DNA from: Lama guanicoe
Lineage: Eukaryota
Direction: 5' to 3'
Assembly (NCBI GenBank): GCA_013239625.1
Contig: MU057346.1
Location: 4,240,431 to 4,304,430 of the forward strand
DNA: 64,000 nucleotides
In this document: piece after piece, positions 48,071 through 60,989 of the stretch
How the letters are laid out: each line of letters begins with the position of its first letter
Numbering within the stretch: position 1 is the first letter of the stretch
Translations under genes and position numbers: made by a program
Notes under the pieces: generated by a model
The model's database searches: none
What the model was told of the DNA's origin: nothing
What the model saw: the letters and a program-made list of their open reading frames with translations, nothing else

Positions 48071-49619
48071 CACTGTGTCTACACAGCAATAGATAAAACC
48101 CAAAATAATGAAGTCAATAAAGGAATTGGCTAAAATGAGAAAATGAGGGAAGAGAAATACACCAAGAACTGTTCTGGCTTAAGTGACCCAGGGTGCAGTT
48201 TTGTTCCGCAGGCTTCTGACCTTCTGCTAGAACTGTTAGCTAGATTTTCATTCTCCTGTGTCCCTCACCCCTGCCAACGCATCCTCTGCAGAGCTGGAAT
48301 AATATTTCTTTCTCTTTTTGTGATCTGGCACTGTCCAGGGCCAAGATCTACCAAAGGGAAAGCAAAGGAGGAAGGAAAATCTGGATCCTCATGACCTGAA
48401 GTTCCATGCTAGGTCTTCAATGGCTCCTGCACAGACAAGTGAGAGAGAGACTGAGTGTCAGGGTGCAGTGATGTACGTCAGGGCCCACCACGGGGGTCAC
48501 TCTGAGCCGCACCTGGATCAAGCCAACGTGAAGCAGGCAAGTGGTGGGTCAGAGTCGGGGAGGGAGTAGCCGAGGAAAAGGGAGGCATGAGATATCGAAC
48601 GAACACAAAATTTGGCTTCTAGGTCAATGGCTAAGATCCCAAACCAGCTAATGTCAAATCCTGGCATAAACTACCCCATTTAAAGTTGTTATCACTAAAT
48701 TAGCATTTATTAAACCCTCTAATTAGTACCCTTATTAGTGGGGTGTGACTGTGTGTGTGTCCCTCTCCTAAGCCCTGTTTATAAGCATCCTCCTAATTTA
48801 TTTTTGATCAGACTGAAGAGAGGCCAAACCTCTTTAGCTAATGTTGACATTGGCTGCATGTCAGATGTCCAGGATCTGGAGAAACTGGAAGGATTTACTC
48901 TTATTTCCCTTTTTGTTTTTTAACTTCACAATTTTGAATCACCCTGCAATTCAAACTTGACTTTAAAACCTTCACCACCCACCTTCTCTCCTCTCTCTCA
49001 ACTCTGATTACATTGACCCATTTGAAGTTGCTTATTTTCTCAAATGATATCACTGACATCAAATTTGCTCCTAGACGAGTCTGTTAGTTCTCTACAGAAA
49101 CCAAACTTCCACCCCTAGGGCCCCTGTTTCCTTGCTCCTAGGGAATCGGAGATGGTGTCTCAAAAATAAAGAAAACACAAAATAATAAAGTAAATAAAAG
49201 AATTGGGTAAAATAGGAAAATGAGGGTAGAGAAATACTAAGATCAGGGTAACATTAACTTATCAACAGTACACTCTCTGATCCTGTGTGATTTCCAAAAA
49301 TGAGGTGCAAATGTGACCAGAGTTATTTAGCTCTCAAGGGAAACCCACATCTTCAGTGGAAGAGTCTGCACTGCTCCTGAGATACACAAACTGGGGAAAG
49401 GACAGCAATTTCCTGGTATGGAGATGAAACCAGAGTGAAATGAAATCCCTGCTGTGGGTCTACTTAAAAAGGAACTGTGATAGACTCAAAATCTTCAGCG
49501 ATATTACCCGATCAATACAAAATTTTCCATGTGATAACCTCACATCACCCTCCAAGTCAGGCCAAGGACAACGTGGGAAGAGTGGGTCATTTTCTCATGG
49601 TTTGGGAGGGACTGAGCCC

Positions 49620-49995
49620 CTTCCACCTGGGCCAGGCACTTGCTGGTACTCAAATCATCACTCATGGCCCCTTACAAAATCGCCTTGACACAGATTTCTT
49701 ACTGCACATTTTCTTCCCTATTTATTGCTAGCCTAGCAGGTCCAGGAGAGCAGGAACATGACCCTCTTGCTCATGTGCTATCTCCAGGGTTTCTCGTGGC
49801 CCCCAACACCTAGCAGAGCAACTACTCAATAAATAGCATCTTGAATGATGAGTGCATGCAGAAACAAATAGGAGAGAGGAACTAACGCAAGGGAAACGTT
49901 TGGAGGAGAATCAGCATATCAACGTTAATGACTAACTTTCATTCAGCAAATATTTGTACAGTGAGGACTGTGCATCAAATGCAGGCTGGACACCA
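49620..49995. mobile_element. L2 3' ends (+ then -)
   Basis: tactcaataaatagcatcttgaatgatgag; ttcattcagcaaatatttg. Confidence 0.55.
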
Positions 49996-51029
49996 TCACT
50001 ACTTCTGATTGGTCCCTCCCATCCCACCCCAACATGGCCTGGCCTACACAGCTTCTTTTCCACCCGCTGCTGAATCTCTATCCAGTATCTCCTTTCATCT
50101 ACATTTTCCCATGAACTTAGAAATGGGGGCAAATTTTCCCCATCACGGCTCCATCCTAGTTTATCAAGACATACCTGCCATCATACAGAAAATCTTTTTT
50201 TTTTCTTACACATTGGATGTGGAAATATTACATTTAACCCTTTACATAGAAGCTCTCTGGCCAACAACTGTTAGAAATAACTATTGGTGGGCAATCTAGC
50301 TGCCCTCAAAGGCTTTGAGGGTTCCAGGAGGGACTCAGTGCTGAACACAGCTTGGGAGAAGGAGCTCAGCCTGCATTTCTCTACTCACTTCTAAGCTGCC
50401 AGCATTTGTAATGAGCAAGAGGCCAGTGTCAGACTAGGAAGAGGAGAAGGGGACATCTTGAAACTGAGAAGAGAGATATATATAAACCGGCAGGATGACC
50501 ACATTATCTAAACAGCGGTTTTATGGCCATATTATGCACTCAATTAAAAAAAAAGTTGAATGTGAAAAATTTTTAAAGATAAGGCATTGGTAAGGGTGGG
50601 ACCCTGGAGAGACTTTTCTTTCCCCCTCCTGTTAGCTACTTCCCTTGATTCTAAGACTGAAAATGCTACAGTCAGCACCAACTTAATTCCACACTGCAAT
50701 TAGGGTTATGCATTAAACCAGGCCTCTGAACACGACTACCCGAAAGGAACTCAGAGACTAAATGAAAACCAGACGTGTGGCCAGAGCAGTTGGCACCAGC
50801 CAGGATCCCGATATACAGTAATGGTATAGATTTAAAATGAAAATTAAAAGCAGTCATTACAGTGAAATTGATGTCATATTCGCCAGCTGTTTATTTAAAA
50901 GGAAAAGAAAAGGAGTGAGCTGGGAAATCTGGAGGCCGTTTGAAAGGAGATATGTGTGCTATCTTCTTAGCAGACGAGGTCTGACAACACACCCTTTATC
51001 TTTGGCTAAAGTTGGTGCTTTTCAAAGTC

Positions 51030-52015
51030 TAGATTGGGGCTTCCCAATCTGGGGGTGTATCAGAACCATCCCAGCTGCTTTTAACAACTACATGCAGATG
51101 CTCTTCTACCCCACCCTGCAGATTTCGATGAACCCAGGAATCCAGATTCTTACAGTTATCTGCCAAAAAAAAGCTGCCCCGGGAAAAACAGCTGATGTCC
51201 CACCGTCGGATTCGTGGGATCCCAACCCATGAGCTCAGGGTCCCCCTCTCCTCCTTGAATCCCCTTCCTCTGCTTTTTTGGGGGGCAGTCCCTGTTCTCC
51301 CAACTCCCCTCAGCATCCTCCTTGGCCACACCGTGGACGTCAGCTCCTGCTGACGGTGGCATTTAGGTCTTAGAATCAAGAAAAGCATCTCATAGGATGG
51401 GGGAAAGAAAAGCCTCTCCTAGCCAAAGAGCCTCTTCTTTATACATTTTTTTGCATTCCACATTTTACTGAATTGATTCACCCCAAAGAAATCACCGCCA
51501 CCAGCCCCAGCAGTGTCTCCCTACCCAACTCCGTTTTGTTTCTCTTATGACACTTACCATGATCTGAAACGGCTCTGTTGCTCTTCTTGGTCATACTCAC
51601 ACTGGCTATTTAACTCACTAGAATACAAGCACTGAGAAGGCTGGGACCTGGCCTGCTGCATACTTAGAGCCCCATTCCTAGGAACTATTTAACTTGATTG
51701 AAGCTAGAATGGGTCCCAGGCAGGGATATTGCTTAAAAGCCTCTAGGAAGGTTTTCATTTATAGCCAAGTTTGAAGGCTGAGAATCAGTCCTCTACTCCT
51801 TGTATAAGACCGTATGGTTGAGGTAGTTTTGGGGAAAAGCAGAAGACAAACATAGTATAGTTTGCTACTCAACCTGCAGACCAATAGAATAGGGGTTACC
51901 TGGGAGCTTGTGGGAAACGCAAGGGCTCAGCCCCCTCCCCAGGCCTCTGAATGAAATCTGCACTGTGACAAGGTCCGCGATGACTGGTGTGTGCGTTTAG
52001 GTTCCCGGAGAGCTG
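51030..52015. mobile_element. MER5-family MITEs (about 51030-51210, 51680-51790, 51860-52015) and an L2 fragment (51500-51680)
   Basis: tgtatcagaaccatcccagctgctttt; tacctgggagcttgtgggaaacgcaagggctcagccccctccccaggcctctgaatgaaatctgca; cactagaatacaagc. Confidence 0.6.
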
Positions 52016-52324
52016 ATCTCAGAGGTGAGCAAGCTAATGTGCCCTCATATCAGTCGTCCCTCGAGGCCCAGGCATAGGATATCTTGAGTTGGGTGTGCCG
52101 CAATTAGTAAAATAATGGAATGCATGTGTGTAAACAGCTATTTCTTCTCTTTGGCTAAAGCATAGCTTGTCTTTGGAGCTATGAGCCTCCCAGCTGTATG
52201 TGTGTCCCCCTTCTTGGCAGGGTCCCTGACACTCCCTGCTTTCTCCCATCAGTGATTCCTCTGAGCTTTCTTTCACACTAAGGTGTACATGACTGCCAAA
52301 AGCAGAGGGAGTTTCCACTTGGAG

Positions 52325-52490
52325 CCATGAGGACTTGAGCCTTGGCTATGACAGCTTGAGCAAGTCTCCAAAGCCCTACCTGATTCTCAGGTTCCTAATC
52401 CATAAAACAGGAACAATAGTCCCTGCACAGCCCATCCTGCGGGGCTGCTGCCAGGATCAAATCCGACCATTTACATAAATCAAGGGAGGT
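52325..52490 (+). mobile_element. MIR SINE
   Basis: cttgagcaagtc...ctcaggttcctaatccataaaacaggaacaatag...aggatcaaat. Confidence 0.6.
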
Positions 52491-52934
52491 GTAATTATCA
52501 TCACTGTGTTTGTATGACTCACAGCACTTTAAGTCCACAAAAGCCTTGTCTAGGGAGGACGGAGAGGTGCAGGTGTAGCTGCAGTTTCAGGGTTGCACCA
52601 GGAACGGTGCAACTTTTGAGAATTCAGGGCCAGAGGAAAGCCTTTCTTTCCAAACTAACTTATGTGACTCCTCTACCTTTTAAAAAGACCCATATGATCC
52701 AAGTATGTGCTCTTTTATTTTTGGCTTTAACTACCAGGGAGCTTTGAAGTTAAATTAGGTGGCTCACTACAGTCACTAACTCTTCTCCATTTTCCTCTAG
52801 CAAACCACCTGAAATTATTTTTGGAAGCAGGCTAAGTATAAATCAGTGAGGACAGTAATATTAATGGCAGGAACCATGAGTTGCAACTCAAAAACACTTA
52901 CATAACATTTTGGTCGGCATTCATCTGTTTAGAC

Positions 52935-53240
52935 CAGTGCTGTCCAATAAAACCATAATGTGAGCCTTTTGTGTAACTTTAAATGTTCTAGTCATAATAA
53001 AAAAGTCAAAAGAAACAGGTGGGATTTATTTTAATGTATTGAAGCCAACAGAGGCCAAATAGTATCTCTTCAAAATGTCATCAATATAAACACTATTGAA
53101 GTATTTTACATTCTTTTTCATAATGAATCTTCAAAAACTGGTTTGTATTTCGTATTTGCAGCCCTTCTCAATTGAGCCGGACATGTTTCAAGTGCTCCAA
53201 AGCCGTGTGTGGCCAGTGACTGCCATATCGGACAGCAAAG
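52935..53240 (+). mobile_element. MER33 (hAT-Charlie), near full length
   Basis: TIRs cagtgctgtccaata ... tatcggacagcaaag; aaaagaaacaggtg; tttcaagtgctccaaagccgtgtgtggccagtgactgcc. Confidence 0.85.
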
Positions 53241-53289
53241 GCTTTGGTAATGATCCTTAGGAGAGAGTTACAGTAACGTCTAACTTGAT

Positions 53290-53490
53290 CACAGGGTGTA
53301 TTGCACTTTGTAAATATTGTTAATTGCCTTGAGGACGCTTTGAGTTAGGGACTCCCATCTTTCACTTACAGACCAGAAAACAATTGTTCAGAGAAGACAG
53401 TTGGTCCAAAAGGGACAAGCAGAGCTAGAAGCCACACTCAGCTTCCCAGACCAGGACCCATGATTACCATCCTACAGTGTCTTCTGCTAT
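53290..53490 (-). mobile_element. MIR SINE, decayed
   Basis: cttacagaccagaaaacaattgttcagagaag...agcagagctagaa. Confidence 0.5.
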
Positions 53491-53683
53491 GCTGATCTGA
53501 GAGCATAGCTGAGCTCAGGGGACCTCAGTGTGTAGCCCCCATGGGGTCTGGCTCCCTGCCTGAGCGCATGGCCATCTCAGGGCGCTCAATCCAAGGACTG
53601 CCGGCGAAGATGGGAACGAGGCCTTGACACACCGTGACAGCAGGCGTCTCTCCCCCAAACCACTGACTTCAACTCGTACAGCT

Positions 53684-54087
53684 NNNNNNNNNNNNNNNNN
53701 NNNNNNNNNNNNNNNNNNNNNNNNNNNNNNNNNNNNNNNNNNNNNNNNNNNNNNNNNNNNNNNNNNNNNNNNNNNNNNNNNNNNNNNNNNNNNNNNNNNN
53801 NNNNNNNNNNNNNNNNNNNNNNNNNNNNNNNNNNNNNNNNNNNNNNNNNNNNNNNNNNNNNNNNNNNNNNNNNNNNNNNNNNNNNNNNNNNNNNNNNNNN
53901 NNNNNNNNNNNNNNNNNNNNNNNNNNNNNNNNNNNNNNNNNNNNNNNNNNNNNNNNNNNNNNNNNNNNNNNNNNNNNNNNNNNNNNNNNNNNNNNNNNNN
54001 NNNNNNNNNNNNNNNNNNNNNNNNNNNNNNNNNNNNNNNNNNNNNNNNNNNNNNNNNNNNNNNNNNNNNNNNNNNNNNNNNNNNNNN
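53684..54087. other. Assembly gap (N run); other gaps at 6258-6427, 6444-6664, 33730-33863
   Basis: N characters seen directly. Confidence 1.
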
Positions 54088-54744
54088 GTCATCACAAGAC
54101 TACTCATTTCATTAAATTAACTCTGCGAGTTGCAAGGTGGAAACGTGCTGCAAAATATAACTGTTCGCACCAAATTGGGAGCCGGCAAGATGGAATTAAT
54201 AAATAAAACTGATTTCCCACCATTTCCAGGGGAGGTTGGAAATGTCATCTCAAATCGCATCTTGATTTCCTGAGCTCCCGCTGGGAAAGGTGAGCCCCAC
54301 GATTATGTAGGTGCTGGCGGGGAGGTGCTCTCACCCAAAGTCATTTGTTTGATGTCTGATGGATTCCACCCCTTCCCGTGCTGCCTCTGGGGTGGAGCTG
54401 GGCCTCACCAGCCCACACCCTCATTAAAACGAACGGCACCTGCGAAAGCAAAGTCTTCACCATGAAAGCTTCCATCTGGCCTCCTCCCCAAGGTGAAACC
54501 ACACCAGCCAGGCAAGTTATTTCACACCTGTGTGATGCCCGGAAGCTTCAGGAGGGACATCCCCCTGACTCCACACCCTGCCGGATGACCAATTTTCAAC
54601 TTGGAAAACCCTCAAAACTACCCCATCCCTCCTAGGTATTGTAAACGGAGCCACAGTGAGGCTGTGTCTGTCCAGGGAACCCATTTGACAGTGTGGGAAA
54701 GTGCTATTAAAAGCCTCCGGTTCCCCAGCTGTATCGACCGGGAA

Positions 54745-55104
54745 TCCGAGGACTTTTCTCTGGAAAATCCCAGATTGCAAATGTCTTAGACTTTGTGGGT
54801 CATCCAAGCCTCCATCTCAGGCCAGTCAGCCCTGCCCTGCTGGAGCAGAAGCAACTATGGCCAATATGGAGCAAATGAGCATGGCTGAGTGCCAGCAAAA
54901 CTTATTTATGGACAACGAGATCAGAATTTCAAGTAATTTTTCATTATATGTGTCATGAAATATTTTTATGTGCCACTCAACTTTCTTCTTTTAATTTTTC
55001 TCCTATCATCTGAAAATATAAAACCCAGTTTTAGCTTGTGAGTTGCACAGAAACAGGTGGTGGGCCAGATTTAGCCCACAGGCTACACAGTTTGCTGACT
55101 CCTG
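54745..55104 (+). mobile_element. MER58B (hAT-Charlie)
   Basis: aaatgagcatggctgagtgccagcaaaacttatttatggaca; aaacaggtggtgggccagatttagcccacaggctacacagtttgctgactcctg. Confidence 0.85.
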
Positions 55105-56239
55105 GTACAGAGGGCACTGGGTTGAATGGCCTCAGATGCTGCCTCCAGCACCCAAATCCAAGGATGCTCTCCTGGGCCCAGAACTGCTGTTTGTGGTGTG
55201 GAGTAGGCCGTGGGTGTCCCTTCTCTCTGAGGGTCTTCTTCCTCAGACACGAACCCTCTGGGAGGCCAGCGAGGAATTCCCACAGGAGACGGGGCCCCAG
55301 ATAGGATCCCAAGACCCCTGAGTGCATTTTCCCTCTGCAGGCAGAGCAGAAAGTGTGGGGGTTCCAAGGAGCCGACTGGTAGAAATAGCAAGCAAGGCAT
55401 TAATCACAACAGGGCTGGAAACAGGTAGCAGTGCAAAGCGAGGAACAGATGGGTTGATAAACTAGGGCTGCCTCCCAATGTGTTACAACAAAGCCTCAGA
55501 GTCCTTCGCAACCCAGTGATCCAGGCAGACACTAGCAACGGCGTGATGTAAGCACACAAAGCGAGCCAGTTTGCCATCACATACGTTTCTTTCTCCCATT
55601 TTTTTTTTTCCCCTAGATCGAGGAACACAAGATCCTTGGTGGAAGGCCCCTGGCAAGCTGTGTTTAAGGAGATCATAGGTGGTGAACGGGAAAAAAGAAT
55701 GAGAGAAGAGAGATTTTTTTTCCCCTAATTTTATTCTCCAGGCCTTCCTCCCAATGAAAACCTCTGTGGTCATTTCTCAATCTGAAGTCTGTCTTACCCA
55801 AACAAGGAAGAAATCGGTCTTTAAAAGTATTTCATTGGCGATCAAAATGGCGACTGACCAGCTGTGTCGGTCCCGGTCCTCCGCCCCGCTCCCTGCCACC
55901 CCTTGGAAAGGCCAGGACATAACCCCAGCCCTATTCTCTGGTGGCCACCTGTCAGCTGCCACCTGGCCGATGATTATAAAAGCATTCTTCTCCCAAAGTT
56001 GGGGTTGAAAATGTCTGGGAGGAGAGCCACTGCGCAGAAATCTGGACCCTCAATTAAATTAACTGTAGACCACCCTGACTGCTGGAACAAACTGATTATC
56101 CCAGCCACTTAACCAGAGACGTATTTTTTTTTCCCTTGTACATAATCCAGTGCAGGTGATTCTGCTCAGCTTGGTTCTCCTCCAAATGGTGACCCGGGAT
56201 CCAAACTCCTCACATCTGGAATCTTGGATGGAATCGTGG

Positions 56240-56405
56240 ACATCAGTGCTTGTCAAATTTTGGTGTGCAAAACAATCTCTTGGAGGGTGACCCACCACCA
56301 GGGGTTCTGATTCAGTAGGTGTGAGGTGGCACCGTGAGCCTGCATTTTGAGCGAGGTCTCAGATGATGCTGATGCTGCTGGTCCAGGGACCACACTGTGA
56401 GCAAA
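56240..56405 (-). mobile_element. MER5A
   Basis: ttctgattcagtaggtgtgaggtgg...gatgatgctgatgctgctggtccagggaccacactgtgag. Confidence 0.85.
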
Positions 56406-56489
56406 ACCATTCTACCTGAACAGCTGCATCCAGCTAGAAGGCTAGGGAAGAAAGCTCTTTGGGGCTGTATGAGGTGTGTCCAGTACAGC

Positions 56490-57920
56490 CTCACCCTCAG
56501 CCTCCACATTTAATGAATCATCAAGCCCTGCTGATTTTACCTTTGCAATAGGTCCTGAGTCTCTCCATTTATTCTTCCACTGATTGTGTTCAGTCCTTCT
56601 TCTGCAAGGTGGCCAAGAAGATCTTGTTGAAATGCAAACTTCACCTTGAACCTTTAGGACCTTTCTTAGGTCCTGCCAGATATGTCTTCATTGACAATAC
56701 GATGAAAGGCAGATTCCTCAGTGTGGCCCAGAGCCCTACATCGCTGTTTCCAATATGCCAACGAGCCTCATCCACATCCCTCCCTCAGCACCTAGTGTTT
56801 CGTCCACAATGCATTCCCCAAGCTGCAGACCTCTGACAGCGCATGCTCCTTTGCCCTGACTGCTTTCTCTTCCATGGTGAATATACTCGCCTGCTAGAGC
56901 CTTAATCATCTGCTAAATCCAAACCCGAAGAAATATAAGTGGCTGGTGTGCTTTTAAAACAATGCTCGGGGAAGATGAATTAAAATGTGATACCCACTAC
57001 ATCCTGTTGGAAAATGATTAAATGTTTTCCTTCATAAGTTAAGGAGAGGGGAAAAGGTTGTTAATATCACATGTGTGGCAGGGGGTTGGAAAACTGATAT
57101 TTCTATACCCAACTGGTTGGGAGATACGTGTGAATATAGTTACTTGGGATGTGGGCGGAGGGGGACAATTTCGGCACAGTTAATGACTCAATAAATGCAT
57201 ATTTCTATATCTCTCCCATAGAACATTCATACTTATTAACAAAAAGACTGGAGCAGGATGTTTAGTTATAATATGAAAAATCAAAAATTACACAAATACC
57301 CATCAACAGGAGAACAGCACTGCCAACTGTGAACCCAATGTCTATGTCAGATGATCAGGTGGTCCTCTGTGCACTTACCCGGAGAGCCCCCTGGGCACAC
57401 GAGGGAGAAATGAAATGCTGGAGAAAGTTAATGTATACAGCCTGATACAATTTATGTGAACATCCACTGACACACACGCAGAGACATACAGACACACTGT
57501 TACTGTTTTCCAGAGCAATAGACTCAGCGATTCACATCTAACTAATAACCGTGATTATCGAACAGGCTGGGGTGTGAGGTGGGGGGAGGTCCTAGCAGTC
57601 TTTAGACTTATCTCTAAACTTTTAACTTTTTACTGGTGATATTTAATTCTTGTATGATCTGAGTAACTAAAATTTAATAACTTTTCGAAAAAGTCAAACA
57701 TCTTTGAAGCTGTCTCTAAGTCTCCCTGGCAGAATCCACTCCTCTGTCATCTGTATGCTTTTGAATTATTTGAATGTTCTATCTTGAAATTTTCTGTTTA
57801 CGTGAGTGTCTCCCTCATTTGACCACGTGCTCGCTGAGGGCCGAGGCATTTCCTGCCCACCTCTGTCACTTTGTGTTTAACCAGGTGCTTAGTAAACAGA
57901 AGGTGCTCAGCACACATGAA
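56490..57920 (+). mobile_element. L2 relic (56490-56900, 57690-57920) split by an old L1ME-like 3' end (56950-57685)
   Basis: atcaagccctgctgattttacctttgcaata (L2); aattaaaatgtgatacccactacatcc, cacaaatacccatcaacaggag (L1); caggtgcttagtaaacagaaggtgctca (L2 end). Confidence 0.7.
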
Positions 57921-58390
57921 TTTCCCGGAGGGTCTCACCAGGAAACTCTGGGTGGATCTGACTGCACCATGAGCCCCTGGGGTTATTCCCCTCCCCATGG
58001 AGTCATCCTGCCCAGCAGGCCACTCCATTAACACCAGTGGTGCCAAGGTTGATAGTCAGCCTGTTTGGACAAAATGCAGCTATTCAGCTGCTAAAATACT
58101 GAAATACATCTGTCCAAGTTAAGTGTCCCCCACCACCCTCCAACACAGCTTTCCTATCTGTCTCTACAATCCAGCAACTAACTACAGGGTGAAGGTCGGA
58201 CCAGCAGGGGTGTCCAGAACCTGGCTGCAGAGCTGCTGTACCAGTGGTGACTGGTCTCACGGGTTGTCACCAGTCGTGAGGGTCACCCCTCAGTGCTGCT
58301 GACAGGCACCAGTATTGAGCCCTCCTTGCCAAGGTGTTATTCTCACGGAATCCTCATTACAGGTTCCTCCCTACTGAAGGCTGAGGTCCT

Positions 58391-58440
58391 GATGCTTGTC
58401 TGGACCGGATGCTTGTCTGGACCAACTTGTCTGGACCAAC
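58391..58440. repeat. Nested short tandem duplications (three copies of cttgtctggacc)
   Basis: gatgcttgtctggacc g gatgcttgtctggacc aa cttgtctggacc aac. Confidence 0.9.
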
Positions 58441-60244
58441 CTAGAGCCGCTATCTCTTTTCCCGTGAGCTCTGCTGCCCCCGGTAACGGCCATGGGCCCT
58501 GGGACCAGCTGGGCTAGAAACACTGATGTACCACGCAAGCAGGGAAACTGCAGTCCCGCAAGAAAACACCTGCCAAAACAGGTCACCTTCGCATCCCCAG
58601 CCCCACCGGGCCACGTCCTCTCTTCCCCACACCTTTGAGCCCAGCCTGGCCCCCTGGGCTCCACGAGGCCCTGTAATTTTTGCAGAGTTTGCTCCTTCCT
58701 CTTCCAAGAATTCACCGCGTCCTCATGTGCGCAAGGAGGAGGCTGCCTGTTGAAAGGTTCAGTGTATCAAGTTAAACAAAAACCCCTCTAGGCTTGCGCA
58801 AGAGCCTTGGAGTACAGACTGAGATGTCTGCCCACTGTGCCGACCTGAAAGTTCACGGGTTTGTCCCGTTCCCCCTGTTCACTGACACCACACGGCAATG
58901 GAAGGGAAGCAGATAAATATTATTCATCCACAAGACACTTGAAACAAATTCTCCAAAAAAACAAAAAAAAAAGCTTATTAAGGTAGTTGGAATCCCAGAA
59001 ATGACAAGTGATGTTTGTAATTGAAGCTAAATGTCTCGGGCTGGCAGGTGTGTTAGAGGAGGCAGCGGGGAGGTGACGGGCATCGGTGGTGACAGGGCTG
59101 CATGTGGGGCGGGGGCGGCGAGAGAAGAGATCTCCGCTTTTGCAGCAGCCCAGACAGGAGGAGCCTCCCGCTCCCCTTAATCACAAATCAAGCTGAGTGA
59201 CATTGGAAATGGCAATAATCTCCCCACGAATTGCAGCTGCCCCTCTGCATTTCAGCGCTCACTCCCCATCAGAGCACCTTTACCCACTGCAAGCAGCAGC
59301 TGAACTTCAGGCAAAACCCATCAACAACAGGGCTGCAATTAATCCAGGAGGGAAATGGGTATTTCTCTGTTGAAGAATGTATTTGAATAATAATTTTAAA
59401 AAAAGCATGTGGGAGACACTTTTTTTTAAAAAAAATGAAGATACTAGTTCTAAATCCCTATAGAAATGCACTCAAACATTTCTGTGCCAAATCATCCCAA
59501 ACTGGGAGTGGGTAGGGGGCAGGGAGAGGTAGAGCGTTTCCTTCTCAATTAACCTGCACCCCCCAGCCCCCAAGTTGCCTTGGGGCTATTCTCAACTGTA
59601 CTGCCTTAAAAATATATATATATGTCAATACCTGAGTCTCATCTCAGTTTCTCTGAATGGGAGAGGGGAGTGGAGGTGGGAGTGGTTTCTGATAATCTAT
59701 GTATCTGGTTACACTTCTCTGGGTTGCTCTAATACCAACACACCAGAAACCAGAATCTCACTCCTAGCCTGCCAGCTCACGTACTCCATTCGGTAGCAGT
59801 GAAGGGAAGAGTCTCCAGAGGTGTGTGCGGCACCTTGACCATCTCTCCCCAAATTTCCTAACAGGGCCAGGCATCTGAAACTTACGATTAGGACCTCAGG
59901 AATTCAAGGTCTACTGCAAGGACAACCTCGCTCCTTACCCTCCTCTAACAAACTTGGTTCTGTAGCGTCGCAGTCCTGTCTGTTTGTTTGTTTTGTTTTG
60001 TGGCCATCTCCTCCTCTCGAGATCACACTCGAGGCTGTCTGCTGTGACGCAGGCTCTAAGAAAGACAGAGAATGACACGAATACCAGAGAAGGACAGGGG
60101 ATGCTTCAGCATCACAGCGCTGAGAAGGAGCAAGAATATAAATCACATGGAGGCAGAAGGCGGGGGTCTATCAACGGAGCGGGAGAAATACTTCTAAGCA
60201 ACTGTGCCCTCTGAGCGGTGTGCACAGAACACAAGCACCTGTCA

Positions 60245-60410
60245 CCCTGAGGTCTGAGGACTAGCAGCAGCAGCAAGGAGGAGGGCCTCAGAAATGCAGA
60301 GTTGTGGGCTCCAGCCCAGCCCTAAGGAATGAAGCTGCATTTGCCATCTGTAATCTGGATTCGAATTCAACCCCAGAGATGTGCACACATGGCAAAATCT
60401 GAGCAACGAC
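60245..60410 (+). mobile_element. MER5-family MITE
   Basis: ggactagcagcagcagca...cagaaatgcagagttgtgggctccagcccagccct. Confidence 0.65.
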
Positions 60411-60989
60411 CCGGAGTCCTCTGTAAGAGGCGGGCAGACCGTGCCCTGCAATAGATCCTGGTTAACGCCCGCCCCTCCCTTTCTCGTCTTCTCCCTGCCA
60501 GCTGGTCCCAGACACACAACTGGGCTCTGCAAGTCACTCGGCGCCTTCTGACTTGTTGTAAAAGGGCCAGAGAAGCTGCTTGATTTGCTCCAATTCAGGA
60601 TGATTTGGAGGCATAAATATGTTATTTATGAAAACAGCCATCTCAGAAGAAAAAAAGAATCTTTGTTCTTTCTCTTGACAGTTTCCTAAAATCCACCAGA
60701 GCTATGTCCATTGGATTTCTTCTTTTTTTTTCCCCCATCATCATTAGTTGAGCTCATCAAGAGACACGGCTACCGTGGTAGACAGGCTGGTTTTTGTCTC
60801 AGAAGCCAAAGGCAAGCATCTTAAAGTGGGGAACTCGGTCATGTATCACTCACTGATGGCCTTAATTGCAATTCCATGAAAACTCATGTGAAAACTCATG
60901 TGAAAAGAGCTAATATATTTTAGTGCCTTCTGTATCCCGAGTTGTAAGTTTTCTGGAACCTGCAAAATAAAGATGGATGTAGAGCCAAA

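Noticed and set aside
53586-54115. Long ORFs spanning N runs (also 6214-6683, 33599-33939)
   Set aside because: Artefacts of assembly gaps translated as X
58391-58440. CRISPR-like repeat array
   Set aside because: No unique spacers, eukaryotic context, no cas genes; simple tandem duplication
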